A stretch of 64,000 nt of DNA from Octopus sinensis (lineage: Eukaryota), in assembly GCF_006345805.1 (NCBI RefSeq), contig NC_043009.1, positions 46,810,001 through 46,874,000 on the forward strand, written 5' to 3'. The notes below the pieces were generated by a model. It did no database searches and was not told the origin of the DNA. It worked only from the letters and a program-made list of their open reading frames with translations. The translations under genes and the position numbers were made by a program. This document shows, piece after piece, positions 12,658 to 26,435 of this stretch (positions are counted from its first letter, which is position 1; each line of letters begins with the position of its first letter).

Positions 12658-13597
12658 TGTCACAATATAGAAACATTTCTCATGGCACCAGCACATAGTT
12701 TACAGATACTTACGTTTTTTATATTTTCCGTGAATTTTTCACGGGTCCAGCTAGTCTATATATTAATACGCTAAGTCCGAATGCATTATGCTGTCACGTG
12801 ATTAGTTGAAGGGAGAAGAGAAGTGCGAGGAAAAAGTATTAACGACGTGCGGTAGGGGTAAGTAATAGTTACTACGTGGTTAAAAGTTTGTTGAAGAGAA
12901 ATATATATAGAAAGAGAGTTAAAAATACAATGTGTAGCAGGAAGTGATGTTCTGGTGGCGAGATTAAAGATAGGAAGATAGACAGAGAGGGAGGCAGTTA
13001 TATTAAGATTGAGAAGTAGATAAGGCGAAAGACAGCGAGCCAGACGATGCATTGCCCTGGCAGGTGGTTAGTGGAAGTGAGAAGTGAAAAGAAAGAGAAA
13101 ACTAATAAGGACGTGGTAATGATGATGATGGAGTGAAGGTGGCGGTGGTGAGTTGATAGTGAAGTGTGTACTTTTTAACTATTGAACTAATTTTTTAATA
13201 TCGCCTATCACTTAACGCATGCGCATAAGTGCAACTATTTATTGTTCACTTGCTTAAACATTTATATTTGCTTATAAAATATGGATGGCAGATGATGTAA
13301 GCCAACAAGAGACAGAATGAGACGGTACAGACAACGACGTAAAGAGAAGCCGATAGAATGAAAATATAATTCTTCCTCAATTACAGCCTTATCACCACCA
13401 TCACCACCACCACCGCCATCTTCATCATCATAATTAATAACTTAGGATTTGCACACGCTTTATGCAGTCTTCCGATCTGCTAAATATGGCAGCCAAAAAT
13501 GCCGTTTTACTCAGTGAAAGATACTAATGCATATATAGATACATGCATACATATACCTGCATATATGTGTGTGTGTATGTGTGTGTTTATGTGTGAG

Positions 13598-13642
<45 letters not shown>

Positions 13643-14094
13643 ACGTGCATATGAAGGACCGAACGACTTCCGCATAGTTTCTATCACTTAAACTCCATTC
13701 TCCAAAAGCTGGTTACGCTGACTGTATGATAGAATACATTTTCCAAACGGCAATGATATCGAAGCCGGAATCACTAGTCACAAAAGAACCCCCCACTCGC
13801 GCATGAACTCATCCAGAGTTTAGTGATTTAACATCATTAAATCTTTAGAAGTTATAAAATGTTGAATCAATCAAATTCTATCGACACTGACTATGCGTTT
13901 TGATATAAACGGTAAAGAGATTCGGAATTATAATAGCTAATGTATTATAGCGTTGCCTTGCCTGGGGTCCTCTACTTCTGCAAGAGTCGTAGAGGTACCG
14001 TCTTATTTTACGGCCTGTCTGGAGCACCCTTACTTCTCCAGATTTAACCAGAGGCGATTGCTTCCAGAGAGAAAGGAAATGCAGATTGGACCCA

Positions 14095-14235
14095 ATAGTA
14101 AATAATTTGTCGACCCCTAACAGATAAAAGACAAAGTTAGCCTCTGCAGTATTTGAACTCACAATGCAGGGAGTGAGAACGAATACTGCAAGACAATTTA
14201 TCCGACGCTCTAATGATTCTTCCAGTTGGTCCACA
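14095..14235 (-). mobile_element. Old, diverged SINE family B
   Basis: TTGTCGACCCC..GATAAAAGACAAAGTT..CCTC..ATTTGAACTC..CGCTCTAATGATTCTTCCAG. Confidence 0.6.
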
Positions 14236-15272
14236 CCCTCCACCCAGTGTCTTATAGACGGAGGAGTTAAATTTCATATCTTATCATCAAATCTCTTGAA
14301 ATATTAATAACCAAGAGATTTAACACGTAAATACAAATCCAGATTTATGCATCTCAATACATCCTCTAGGGTTTACATAATGCGATCCAGTCAAATGCTA
14401 TATCAATAGAAGGCTAAAATCAACTTTAGTTGTATTCGGACGCTTGTTCAAGAGGAACGGAACTGTGGTCAGGAATGTTGTCAAGCAATCTATAAAGAAA
14501 TATTGATTTTTAACATGGATACAAGGAATCAGTTCTTATTGGAGGAATAATTGATTAATAGACACTTATTTTGATAGCTCGAATAGTGAAAAGAAAGGTT
14601 GACACGAGCTGGATTTCAATACAGAATCAAAAAAGACATAATCAAGTATAACAAGACACGTTGTTATGTTCTCCTCGATGCATATCAAAACACGATGTTT
14701 CATGCTCCTCCGTGTGTAACACCTACCTTCTATAATAAAATACCGGTTTGTAGCATTTGCATAAGACCTCAAATTTGAAGGTGTATAAAAGCAATCAAAA
14801 TTCCTGTACTTAAATACTACTTTCTTTAAGCGATCATAGTAAAATGAAAGGCAAATGTAAACTCAACGGGTTTTGAAGTCAGACCATTAAGGCCGTAGCT
14901 AAAAATGTCAAAGCATTTTCTCCGACACTCTAGAGAGTCTCTGACCGACTGATTAACTGGCTGAATGACAACTGGATTAGCAAGAATCGTTAGAACCTAT
15001 TTAGTGACGGACTTCTATGCTTGGTGTTTACATCCTAATGAAATTGAATTTACCTGATATCCTTCGAAGTTCGACGAAAGAAATTACTAGTAAAATACTA
15101 GAGTATTTGATCGGGTAATAGTTCTCCCAAACTTCTCGGTCTTGTTGCTATATTAGAAGTGATATCATTAGCATTATTTCCACTAAAGTATTCTTTGACG
15201 TTCATCTTTCAGAGATCAATTAGAGGCAGTATCAACAGAGTAAAGAGTCGATTTTATCAATTTTTTCATCCT

Positions 15273-15308
<36 letters not shown>

Positions 15309-15313
<5 letters not shown>

Positions 15314-15511
15314 ATCCAAACAAGAAAGCACAAAAAAACACAACAACGCGAGGACGTGGAACAAATATAGTATTATTGGATGCTCAGGAAAGAAGGAGGG
15401 TTTAACGTTTCGAGCGGAGCTCTTCGTCGGAAACATAGGAGAAGGAAAGATCCAGAGAAGGGAAGACAGAGGAAAAAAAAATCGCCAACGGTACACACGA
15501 GGTCACATTTT
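15309..15511 (-). mobile_element. ~200-bp non-autonomous HHR-containing element (PLE pseudo-LTR/retrozyme-like), (TA)n-flanked
   Basis: Reverse-complement homolog of 57833-58044; contains a hammerhead motif; abuts (TA)n. Confidence 0.75.
15399..15436 (-). ncRNA. Minimal type-I hammerhead ribozyme motif (U4C variant)
   Basis: Minus strand: UGUUU-CCGACGA-A-GAGC(UCC)GCUC-GAA-ACGU-U-AAACC. Stem I GUUU/AAAC, 4-bp stem II, palindromic ACGU stem III, GUU triplet. Confidence 0.7.
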
Positions 15512-15774
15512 TATGTTACCATTATACAATAGTCAAGATAAAACTGAGTTTCAGATGCCGAAGTGGAAAACCACTATAAGTCACTAATATCAGTAAATTT
15601 TCACTTCTACATTTTTTGATAAAAATTCAAATATGAGGTCATGTTTGCATATGGTGACGATAACATTTTTACTATTTGTTGTAGTTATTGTTATTGTTGC
15701 CCAGCCCTTCTTCAAGCTCGATAGTCAGCATCATAATGTAAGGCATACCAGTCGTGACCAACTCTTTTTTTCAT

Positions 15775-15985
15775 CCTTAGAAATATTGATTTCAAATTTT
15801 GGCACAAGGCCCGCAATTTCGGAGGAGGAGATTATTCGATTACAACATCGACTCCGTGTTCGACAGGTACTTAATTTATCGATCCCGAAAAGACGAAGGG
15901 CAAAGTCGACCTTGGTGAATTTTGAACCTTTGTGGCTAAGCATTTCGCCCGGCGTACTAACGATTCTGCCTGCTCACCGCCTCTA
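15775..15985 (-). mobile_element. SINE family B, diverged
   Basis: GGCACAAGGCC...GGTACTTAATTTATCGATCCCGAAA..GAAGGGCAAAGTCGACCTTGG...CTAAGCATTTCGCCCGGCGTACTAACGATTCTGCC. Confidence 0.85.
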
Positions 15986-16981
15986 TCTTTAGAAATTTTG
16001 AACTAAAATTACATTATCCAATGCGTGTCTCCTTTTATGAAGTTGCAGTATGACAGTTATTCCCACAAGGCTCCTCCATTGACCATACGTACTTTACAAT
16101 AAAATTTGTGATTGTTCAGTTGAAAGCAATATTATACCAGTGCAAGTGATTCAATTGATTGAATTTTCTCAATTAGAATCACAAGTGGATGGATGATCAA
16201 ATCTACTGAGTGCCTCTCTACAATTTTGAGTTCAATTACTGAGATTAGAAAGTTATACCTAAATATATTTCCGTAATCCAGACTACTTCAGAATTAATTG
16301 ATACACATGCAAATCATAGTATCTAACAGTTATAACAATCGGCTGTCGGCAAATATTTGGGGTCACTACTAATAGAATGTTAATATGTGATTGAAAATCT
16401 ACCCATGCGACCGCTCATTTGATTGATTAATGTTCGTTGCTTTTATGCATTAACTGTAGACATACAAGCACAGACATACACAGACATATACGTCATTCAC
16501 ATTGGCATACATGCATAAATATACAAAGACATACATACGTATATATACATACAGACATCGATACATGCATTCATACGTGTGTGTGTATGCGTGTGTGTAT
16601 GTGTGTATGTGTGTATGTATGTGTTTGGGTTTGTGTTTGTGTGCGTTCATGCGTGAAACACTTTACTCTGAAGCATATTTATATTTTGTTATATCTCTTG
16701 AGGGTCATCATGCCAATAATAAATACATGCACAGGTTCACTTTCACTTCTTATTATTTACTTGTGAATTGGATAACTATATAAAAAAAAATTGAATAATT
16801 GATTGTTCGATTAATCGTTCGTTTAATCAATCAGTTAAATTTGTCAAATTCCTTTCGTCGTCTGTTGTGCTCATATCATTGATCTCATCAGTGATCATTC
16901 GTGATCTTATCTCTATACCAGTTCTGCTTCAGGTCAGCCTAACAGTTTGTAGGTTCTATATTTCTGTAGTTGATTCTAAAG

Positions 16982-17215
16982 ACGGCTAGCTGGCAGACAC
17001 GTTAGCGCGCTGGGCGAAATGCTTAGCAGTATTTCGTCTGTCGTTACGTTCTGAGTTCAAATTCCGCCGAGGTCAACTTTGCCTTTCATCCTTTCGGGGT
17101 CGATAAATAAAGGACCAGTTACGCACTGGGGGCGATATAATCGACTCAATCCCTTCGTCTGTCCTTGTTTGTCCCCTCTATGTTTAGCCCTTCTGGGCAG
17201 TAAAGAAATATATAT
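16982..17215 (+). mobile_element. SINE family B, full length
   Basis: GCTGGCAGACACGTTAGCGCGCTGGGCGAAATGCTTAGC...GAGTTCAAATTCCGCCGAGGTC...CAGTAAAGAAATA. Confidence 0.92.
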
Positions 17216-18209
17216 TTCTGTAGTTGTATGGGCATGAGCGAGAATGCTGATGAGAGGGGCAACGAGTAAGAGAAAAAGAAAGTGCATGTTAGTGTGTGTG
17301 GAAGGAGAATAGTGTTCGATCATGCGTGTGTACACACAGGTGTGTGCGTGTGTGTGTGTGTGTGTGAGAAAGAGAGACAGAAAGGATGCACGTCACGTTA
17401 GTGTGGTATAGTTGACTGTGTAAGTAGACCGGAAAGAGCATGTGTGCGTATGTCTGCGTGAAGGTATATATGTCTACGAGTTCTTGTATTTGAGTCGACG
17501 TGTGCGTATGGCATGGATTTCGCAGAAGGATAGGATGGAAAACATTTTCCCTTTTTTTTATATCTTTATTTGTTTTATGGCTCGTCCTTTTATCTTCTTT
17601 ACGGGACCTTGTGTGCGTGTGCGTGTTTGTTCCTGTGTGTATGCGTCTGTGTGTGTGTGTGTGTGTGCTTGTATGAACCTCAGCGCGTGGGTGTACGTAT
17701 ATAGTCTAGCTGTGTTATTTGTTTGACTTATTTCCTCATGCTACTTGAAGTTACGTGGACTTGCAATCATGTTTATTTCTACGTTTATTTCTATACATGT
17801 GCGTGCACATTTGTGTGGTTGTGTTAGTGTGTATATGAATATGTATCTGTGTGCATGTGCGCGTGTGTGTGCTTGTATAAACTGTGTGTATAAACTGTTT
17901 GTATAAACTGTGTGTGTGTTTGTGTAAATTGTGTGCCAGTATAAATATTTTACGCATAGCGATACTACTAATTAATTCTTAGAACTCGATAAACATGCTG
18001 AACATGTATGGGAGAGGCTGCCAGGAATATAATGAAAAGCATGGACATTTCATCTTATATTACAATAACTCGAAGAAATAAGAAGTTTAAGTACTGATCA
18101 ACTCCTACACATTCAACTCATATACTTCCAAACACGCACAATACACACAGATGTAATACTTTAGCAGAGTGATGGTGGTGGTTCTACAGCCTTTAAATTT
18201 TAACATTAT

Positions 18210-18660
18210 TTACTATTATAATTATTCCTTCGTAAGGCAGAGTAGGTAAAATGCACTGGAGTCTTTAGTCATCTGTCAAGTCAAAACAAGACCCCCAGAG
18301 AGATAATACTTTCTTTAAGATATGCGTTGTGCCCAACAAGGCTGCTTTTTGTAAGACATCATTCTTGCTTGGGATTTCCAGTTGCCTTAAGTAGTCTTGA
18401 AGTTTCAACGGGATTGAAACCCAACGCTCCGATCACCACTGGTATCACTTTTACATTACCTTTTCGCATTCTATACAGTCTTGCAATTACAACTTTCAGT
18501 TCGGAGTACTTGGTGATTTTTTTCAACCTCTTTACTCACAGTATTCATGTCATTTGGTATGGCTATATCAATGATCTGACAGTATTTGTCTCTCTTATTT
18601 AATATGACAATATCCGTCCGACGGTGTTCAATTACACGATCAGTCTGAAATTATATCATA
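18210..18660 (-). mobile_element. R4/Dong-type non-LTR element 3' end (RLE domain)
   Basis: Minus translation FQTDRVIEHRRTDIVILNKRDKYCQIIDIAIPNDMNTVSKEVEK/ITKYSEL...VIPVVIGALG...VLQKAALLGTTHILKKVL* (PD-(D/E)xK RLE). The 5' side abuts (TTA)n at 18660-18735. Confidence 0.9.
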
Positions 18661-18686
18661 TATTATTATTATTATTATTATTATTA

Positions 18687-18737
<51 letters not shown>

Positions 18738-19281
18738 ATGATCGTTTCCATTCATTTATTAGTGTAATCTCTCGTAACTGTCGTAAAGATGCGTCTTATG
18801 TATGTATCGGAAGTATCTTTACACCAGCGTTATTAAGCATTCGGTCATGTTTATTCAATGCTTGCTGGTAGCGTGCCGAACTACCTTTCTTATCAGAGTA
18901 TGCATTCTAGTTGCCCTGCATACTTTTCATTACATTCCTGAGAGTGTCTCCCATATATATTCAATATGTGTATTGAGTTTTTAGGAATTAAGTATTGTAT
19001 CGCTATGCTGAAAATATATATATACAGGTATACAATATATATATACACATACACACACATTCACACACACATTCACATACGCATAAATTCCGTATCGATT
19101 GTGGTCAGACGTGAAGAGAGATGCCCTCTGCGAAGTCTAAAATAAAGTAGGTGTACCATATGGAACGACGGCACTCTTTCCACACCACTGAAGAATTAAA
19201 GAGGTAGAGAATGACCTGGCATATATGTATGTTTGCATGCGAGCAGTGTGTGCGTGTGAGATGGGATACTTGCGTGTTTGT

Positions 19282-19324
<43 letters not shown>

Positions 19325-19399
19325 GCGTGTGTATATACAAATACAATTCACAAAAGCCAAAATAACATCACACATTACAATTACAAAATAATGTCAAAC

Positions 19400-20087
<688 letters not shown>

Positions 20088-21123
20088 ATAGTATTCAAAT
20101 AAGTTATACAGCAAATGTTGTGGAAAAGATTGGTAACAGATTATGAATAAAGAATTCCCTCTCCGCAACCCTTCCCAAATGATTTTCTCTCTCTTACACA
20201 GGACAGTCTTTTTCATTTATTTTAAAATATTCAGGCAGTTTAACATAGCACTTAACCGGGAAAGAAGTAAATGAAAACTAGAGATGTAATCAAAAGATTT
20301 TACTCTTCATTGGCTCTTTCACGAGAAAATATTTTTTAGGTGGAATCAACGAATTAGTTCATTTAAATAAGGAGGAAGGAGGGGGTGGAAAAGCTGTGAA
20401 TGGATTGTGTTAGAGATTGCTCGCTTATAGTTGTAAATAAGTGATGTGTTGCGAGAGACGTATATCATAGTTGGAGATGTTCACTTTTAAACACACAGCA
20501 CAAACACACACACACTCACACACAGACACACACATACGAACATGCACACACACACACGCGAACATACATGAACACACACACAGACACACGCACACATTGG
20601 ACTTGATTTACTACAGCCTTACCACACAACAAACAGCAAACAGTGTGCAGTCTTAGGAGAGAATGGAAAGTTCTTATACATATTTATATCGATTTCAATT
20701 GTGCTTTGTAGTCGGATTTACAATATCGGATTAGTGGTGTTAAGAAAATGGTTTAAGAATTAATAGCGCTGCTAATAAGAGATTCTTCCCAGCAAGAGTA
20801 ATAGTAGTACTATTGACAAATCACCATAACCAATTCCAGCAGGTGAGTGCTGCAAGTCATACGTAAGTTTCACAGAATTTTCATGAACTGATTTCGTCTT
20901 GTTTTATTTAATGTTGATATAACAACACAGTATAATATTTTTTTTTTATTTGAGGGCGGGGGGTGGGGGGTAGGTGAAGGATTCTTTCAGCAGGCACACA
21001 GATTTCTAAACACAAAAGCTCTACCCTCTCACACGTAAACACATGTATTCAACATTTTAGAATTTGTGTTTATAACCGAGTGTCAAAACCACATGTGCAT
21101 GTGGGTATACACATGGACACACT

Positions 21124-21251
21124 TATAATGTGTATGTATATAAATTCACACACACACACACACACACAACACACTTGCACACATAGTATATACATACGTA
21201 TATGTATAACTGATATCTTGTAACTGTAATGTTTTTCGGAGTGTGGTGTAT

Positions 21252-21296
<45 letters not shown>

Positions 21297-21396
21297 ATAT
21301 ATATATATATATATATATCTATATATATATATACACCACACTCCGAAAAACATACAGTTACAGATATAGTTATACATATACGTATGTATACTAGTG

Positions 21397-21428
<32 letters not shown>

Positions 21429-21450
21429 AATTATATACATACACATTATA
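21124..21450. repeat. Inverted duplication, ~130-140-bp arms with (TA)n spacer
   Basis: GTAACTGTAATGTTTTTCGGAGTGTGGTGTA versus TACACCACACTCCGAAAAACATACAGTTAC; the match extends out to TATAATGTG/CACATTATA. Confidence 0.9.
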
Positions 21451-21502
21451 TATATCTGTATATATATATGTATAAATATATATATCTGTATATATATATA
21501 TG

Positions 21503-21541
<39 letters not shown>

Positions 21542-21616
21542 GCACATACATAGGTAAGGACATAAGTATATATGTGTATATATATATACATGTATTTAAT
21601 CATACAAAACATACAT

Positions 21617-21658
<42 letters not shown>

Positions 21659-21704
21659 TACATGTATTTATCGTACAAAACATACATACATACATACATA
21701 TATG

Positions 21705-21752
<48 letters not shown>

Positions 21753-22005
21753 CATATACATATTAAGTTGAGGAAAAAGTTCGTGCGCCGTGTTAAAATA
21801 ATGCTTCGCTATATATTTTTATGGTGTGTGTTCATTTTAAAAAAACGCACAAACTTTTTCCTCAACGTAGTGTATATACATATGTATATCTATATGTATA
21901 TGTAAATACACACCCACACACACACACATACCCACACAGACGCACATATATATATATAATATACATGTGTATGTGTATATATATATGCGTTTTGTGTGTA
22001 TATAT

Positions 22006-22036
<31 letters not shown>

Positions 22037-22059
22037 TTATTTCTTTTATTCTTTTAGTC

Positions 22060-22215
22060 TTCTACTTGTTTCAGTCACTTGGTTGCGGCCATGCTGGAGC
22101 AATGTCTTTAGTCGAACAATTCGGCCCCAGGTCTTATTTATTGTAAGCCTAGTACTTATTCTATCGGTCTCTTTTGCGAAGCGCTAGTTTACTGGGATGT
22201 AAACACCACCACAGC
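22060..22215 (-). mobile_element. SINE family A 3' half
   Basis: TACTTGTTTCAGTCACTTGGTTGCGGCCATGCTGGAGC...CCTAGTACTTATTCTATCGGTCTCTTTTG. Confidence 0.85.
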
Positions 22216-22311
22216 CATAGTTTTATATTTTATGTATATATATATATTACATACGCATGTACATACATGAACATATATAGCCATGCATTTATATATATAT
22301 ATATATATATA

Positions 22312-22389
<78 letters not shown>

Positions 22390-22398
22390 ATATATATA

Positions 22399-22577
22399 TT
22401 GACCACTAAATCTACAAGTTTATTTCATTCTCTCTGCTTATTTTCTCTTATTCCTTTCTGAGGAAGAGCGTAGGGCCGAAACGTAAAACAGCTCTTCATT
22501 TTCCCCTGTGTCAAACTAATACACCTACTTCTTCTTAATACACCTATCTTCGTCTTTTGCTTATCTATAAATTTCAG

Positions 22578-22581
<4 letters not shown>
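22399..22581 (+). mobile_element. Short (TA)n-flanked non-autonomous element with degenerate HHR motif at 22455-22488
   Basis: UUU-CUGAGGA-A-GAGCGUAGGGCC-GAAACGUA-AAA with a damaged stem II. The tail ACACCTATCTTCGTCTTTTG is shared with 28325-28498. Confidence 0.6.
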
Positions 22582-22613
<32 letters not shown>

Positions 22614-22619
22614 ACCAAA

Positions 22620-22691
<72 letters not shown>

Positions 22692-22928
22692 ATATATATA
22701 CATATATATATATATACATATATATATATACATATATATATATACATACATATATATATACATATAATATATATATATACATAATATATAGACACATGTG
22801 TATATATATATTCACATATATAATACATATATATTTTTATAGGCTATACATACATACAGATATATATACATATATATAGACCTATATATATATACATACA
22901 CACACACGCATATATAGTTATATGTGTG

Positions 22929-22973
<45 letters not shown>

Positions 22974-23389
22974 GTATATATATATAAACACCTGTACATA
23001 TGTGTTCTTGTCGTCGCATTGTTTTTCCAAGTGTGTGGATTGTCACTAATTGTTTTTCGAAACTGTTTGATATGAAATTTGTCACAACTACATAACAGTT
23101 GCTATATTATAAAGCTTTTTTCTCTAGATTTCTTTTCTAGCCGTACTTATTAAACTAAGCGTATGTCTTTCTGTTTGCCTGACTGTCTGTCTGTTTTCCT
23201 CGCTATCTCTCTCTCTCTCTCTCTCTCTCTCATTCTCTCTATCTCTCTCGCTCTTTCTTTGTCTTCCTTTCGTGTTAAAAACCCTCACATACACGTATAT
23301 AAATATAAATGTTTATATGTATATATATGTATATATATATATATATCCTCAAATCTATATATTTGTGGAACCATATGTGTGCACGTATG

Positions 23390-23706
<317 letters not shown>

Positions 23707-23974
23707 CAAAAGTTCGACACAGTGCTCATATTAGAGTCTGGTAGGCGTAGGACGCATCCACCTCATCAGAGGTTCGCAGGAAGGCTGTGTCTCCAATCAT
23801 CTGACTAACTGTACTTCTACGCCCACGAAACTTTGAATAACATGAAGCTTTCAAACTGCTATTAAATGCATATGACTAAAGAAATGTGCTGAGCTAGTTT
23901 AACCAGTCTTATATATGTGTGTGAGTGTGTGTGCATTTCAACGTGAAATTTATATATATATGCATATGTATATA

Positions 23975-24152
23975 GGTTTGCGTTGGAGTTTTGTGGTTAA
24001 GAAACACGCTTCCACAGCCACAACCATATGGTCTTGAGTTCAGTTCTCCTTCGCGGCACCTTGTGCATGTGTCTGCTACTACAGCTTATCAAAGGGTCGC
24101 TAGTGGATTTGATGCAGATCTATCTGTCTGTCTGTCTGTCTATCTATCTATG

Positions 24153-24184
<32 letters not shown>

Positions 24185-24257
24185 AATCTTTCTGTCTGTC
24201 TGTCTGCCTCACTCTCTTTCTCTTTGTATATATATATATATATATATAAGTGTGTGT

Positions 24258-24296
<39 letters not shown>

Positions 24297-24301
24297 TGTG
24301 T

Positions 24302-24339
<38 letters not shown>

Positions 24340-24470
24340 ATATTTGTGTCTCATTGCATCACACTTGACAAACGGTGTTGTTTTAAGTGCCCGTAACTTA
24401 GCGTTTCATTACAGAAACCGAAACAGCATGGCCGTAGTCCAATGACTGAAACAAGTAAAAGCTAAACGTT
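23975..24470 (+). mobile_element. Diverged SINE family A split by microsatellite expansion (head 23975-24120, tail 24355-24470)
   Basis: GTGGTTAAG...GAGTTCAGTTC...GGCACCTTGTGCATGTGTCT head/core; CTTGACAAACGG...CCCGTAACTTAGC...ATGACTGAAACAAGTAAAAG tail. Confidence 0.65.
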
Positions 24471-24699
24471 ATGTTTATTGCCTTAGTGCTGAACAGTACA
24501 CATCGTGGCATTAATACCAGCCCTCCGACAAAATTCCCTATCATGTTTTAAGGGTTGTTCAAAAATTGTAAAAAGACAGGTCAGAGTATCAGACTGGAGG
24601 AATTGTTAGAGCGTGGCACAAATGTATATACGTGTTCTGTTTCTGTCCATTCCGTGTTCAAGTCACGTTCAGAATCCCATCTCAACGACGACGATAACA

Positions 24700-25160
24700 A
24701 CAACAATAATAATAATAAATATTCTGCTCAATACCACATATTTGCTTGTCAGTTGTTTGACCATAACCAGTTGAGCATGTCCCTTAGTGGCTGACGATAT
24801 GTGCATCTCTGATCACGAGCAGAAGTAGTGGGGGAGCATCATATCCATGTGTTGAAAAGAATTCTTAGAGGTTTGGATAATTCATCTTTGGAAACATGGG
24901 TGTTTCGTTCAACATCCTTAAGCAATCCTTATTCAGGGACCTTTTGAGCGGGATGGGCTACTCGACCAGAACAAAATTCTAAACTGCAAGGTCATGCGCT
25001 GTTTATCTTGATATGAGATCACCATGTCGCGCACATATGGTTGTGATGCATGTGCCTGGTGTACTCTTATCAGACGGGTAGTCATGATGGGTATACTGGG
25101 CTTCGTATATTTTACTCCAGTGTTACTTTGATGGCATGCACTGCTCTCTCACTCAATAAT
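24700..25160 (+). mobile_element. LINE 3'-UTR-like repeat ending in (TAA)n (probably R4/Dong family)
   Basis: Ends ...GATGGCATGCACTGCTCTCTCACTCAATAATAAT; the last ~85 bp recur at 63722-63812 inside (TAA)n. Confidence 0.6.
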
Positions 25161-25164
25161 AATA

Positions 25165-25470
25165 GTAATGATAGTTGATAAAATGACGAAGGAAACGAAT
25201 ACCATTGACATTGCTCTACCTAAAGATGTGCTACTGGATGACAAAGTGCTAAAACTGACCGAAAATTGTAGAACACAAAAACATGAGATTGTACGAATGT
25301 GGACAATGAAGAAAGCAATTGCCATCTCCGTAGTTATAGGGACAATGGGAGCATTAATAGCCAGATTTGAGAAAACTGTTACAGAAATTGGGATTGACAT
25401 GAGGGTAGAGAATGCTCAGAAAACTACTCAGTTGCGGCTAGCTAGTACTCAGGTGTTAAGGATCGTGGAT
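25165..25470 (+). mobile_element. R4/Dong-type RLE fragment, diverged
   Basis: IVDKMTKETNTIDIALPKD...EIVRMWTMKKAIAISVVIGTMG...IGIDMRVENAQKT, the RLE C-terminal pattern. Confidence 0.8.
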
Positions 25471-25771
25471 AGAGAGCGTGTGAGATGTTTGGACACACAC
25501 ACACACACACACACACACACCACACACACAAACATACACACGCGCACACTCACACACTCACACACGCAAACATACATATGTTGATTAAAACTTCGTCAGA
25601 AGTCACAACCGTCAGAAAGAATCAAGAATGGAGAAGCGAAGGCATAGTTCCCTTCTTTTAATCGACATGTGTGTGTATGTATGTGTGATTGTCCAAGGAT
25701 CTCACAGGCTCTCTTACAGAAGTGACCCGACCAAATAAAATCAAGCTCTGAGAAACGAATTGGAAATATTA

Positions 25772-25895
25772 TTATTGATTTCCAATTTTGGCACAAGGCC
25801 AGCAATTTCAGGGGAGGGCTATGTGAATTGCATCGAATGGTACTTATTTTAGCAACGCCCAAAAGATAGAAGGCAAAGTCGACCTCGACAAAATT
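25772..25895 (-). mobile_element. SINE family B 3' part
   Basis: TTGGCACAAGGCCAGCAATTTCAGGGGAGG...GAAGGCAAAGTCGACCTCGAC. Confidence 0.75.
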
Positions 25896-26307
25896 TCAAT
25901 GGAAGTGATATTAAACTCTATACAAAAGTTGGTAAAGCAACTGCCAGAAGTCGCAACCGTCAGAGAGAGTCAAGAATGGAGAAAGGAAAGCATAGTTTCC
26001 TTATTTTAATCGACATATGTGTGTATGTGTGTGTGTGTGAGTGTGTGTATACACATACATATATATACGTATAGACATATATATAGATAGACACACACAC
26101 TTATATACACAAGCACATATACACACACTCACATGCTCACACAAATGCACACACACACACTTACACACATATACTATACATACATATATGTATATATATA
26201 TATATACCGGAGTAAACACATAAATGTGAAACAAGGTGGAAAAAAGAGTACTCAAATACCAGTGGTAGAGTAATATGCTTTATTTTAAGCAGCAGAAAAT
26301 TCAACAA

Positions 26308-26353
26308 AAATCTGTTACTCTGAGTTTCTCGTTGCCGTTCATCAGACAGTTTT
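26308..26353 (-). ncRNA. Mirror copy of the same hammerhead motif
   Basis: Exact reverse complement within the palindrome. Confidence 0.8.
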
Positions 26354-26361
26354 TGCTAGCA

Positions 26362-26407
26362 AAAACTGTCTGATGAACGGCAACGAGAAACTCAGAGTAA
26401 CAGATTT
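26362..26407 (+). ncRNA. Minimal type-I hammerhead ribozyme motif
   Basis: AAAACUGU-CUGAUGA-ACG(GCAA)CGA-GAA-ACUC(A)GAGU-A-ACAGAUUU. Canonical CUGAUGA/GAAA core, GUA triplet (26397-26399), stem I CUGU/ACAG, GNRA-capped stem II closed by A.A. Confidence 0.8.
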
Positions 26408-26435
26408 TGTTGAATTTTCTGCTGCTTAAAATAAA

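Noticed and set aside
12786-13052. Minus ORF MHRLARCLSPYLLLNL... in a purine-rich tract
   Set aside because: Composition-driven, with no recognisable domain or splice support.
13940-14090. GC-richer segment resembling an exon
   Set aside because: Splice signals are weak and no frame gives a recognisable protein.
23740-23780. Minus-strand CUGAUGA followed by a GGUGG/CUACC stem
   Set aside because: No GAAA after the stem and no stem I.
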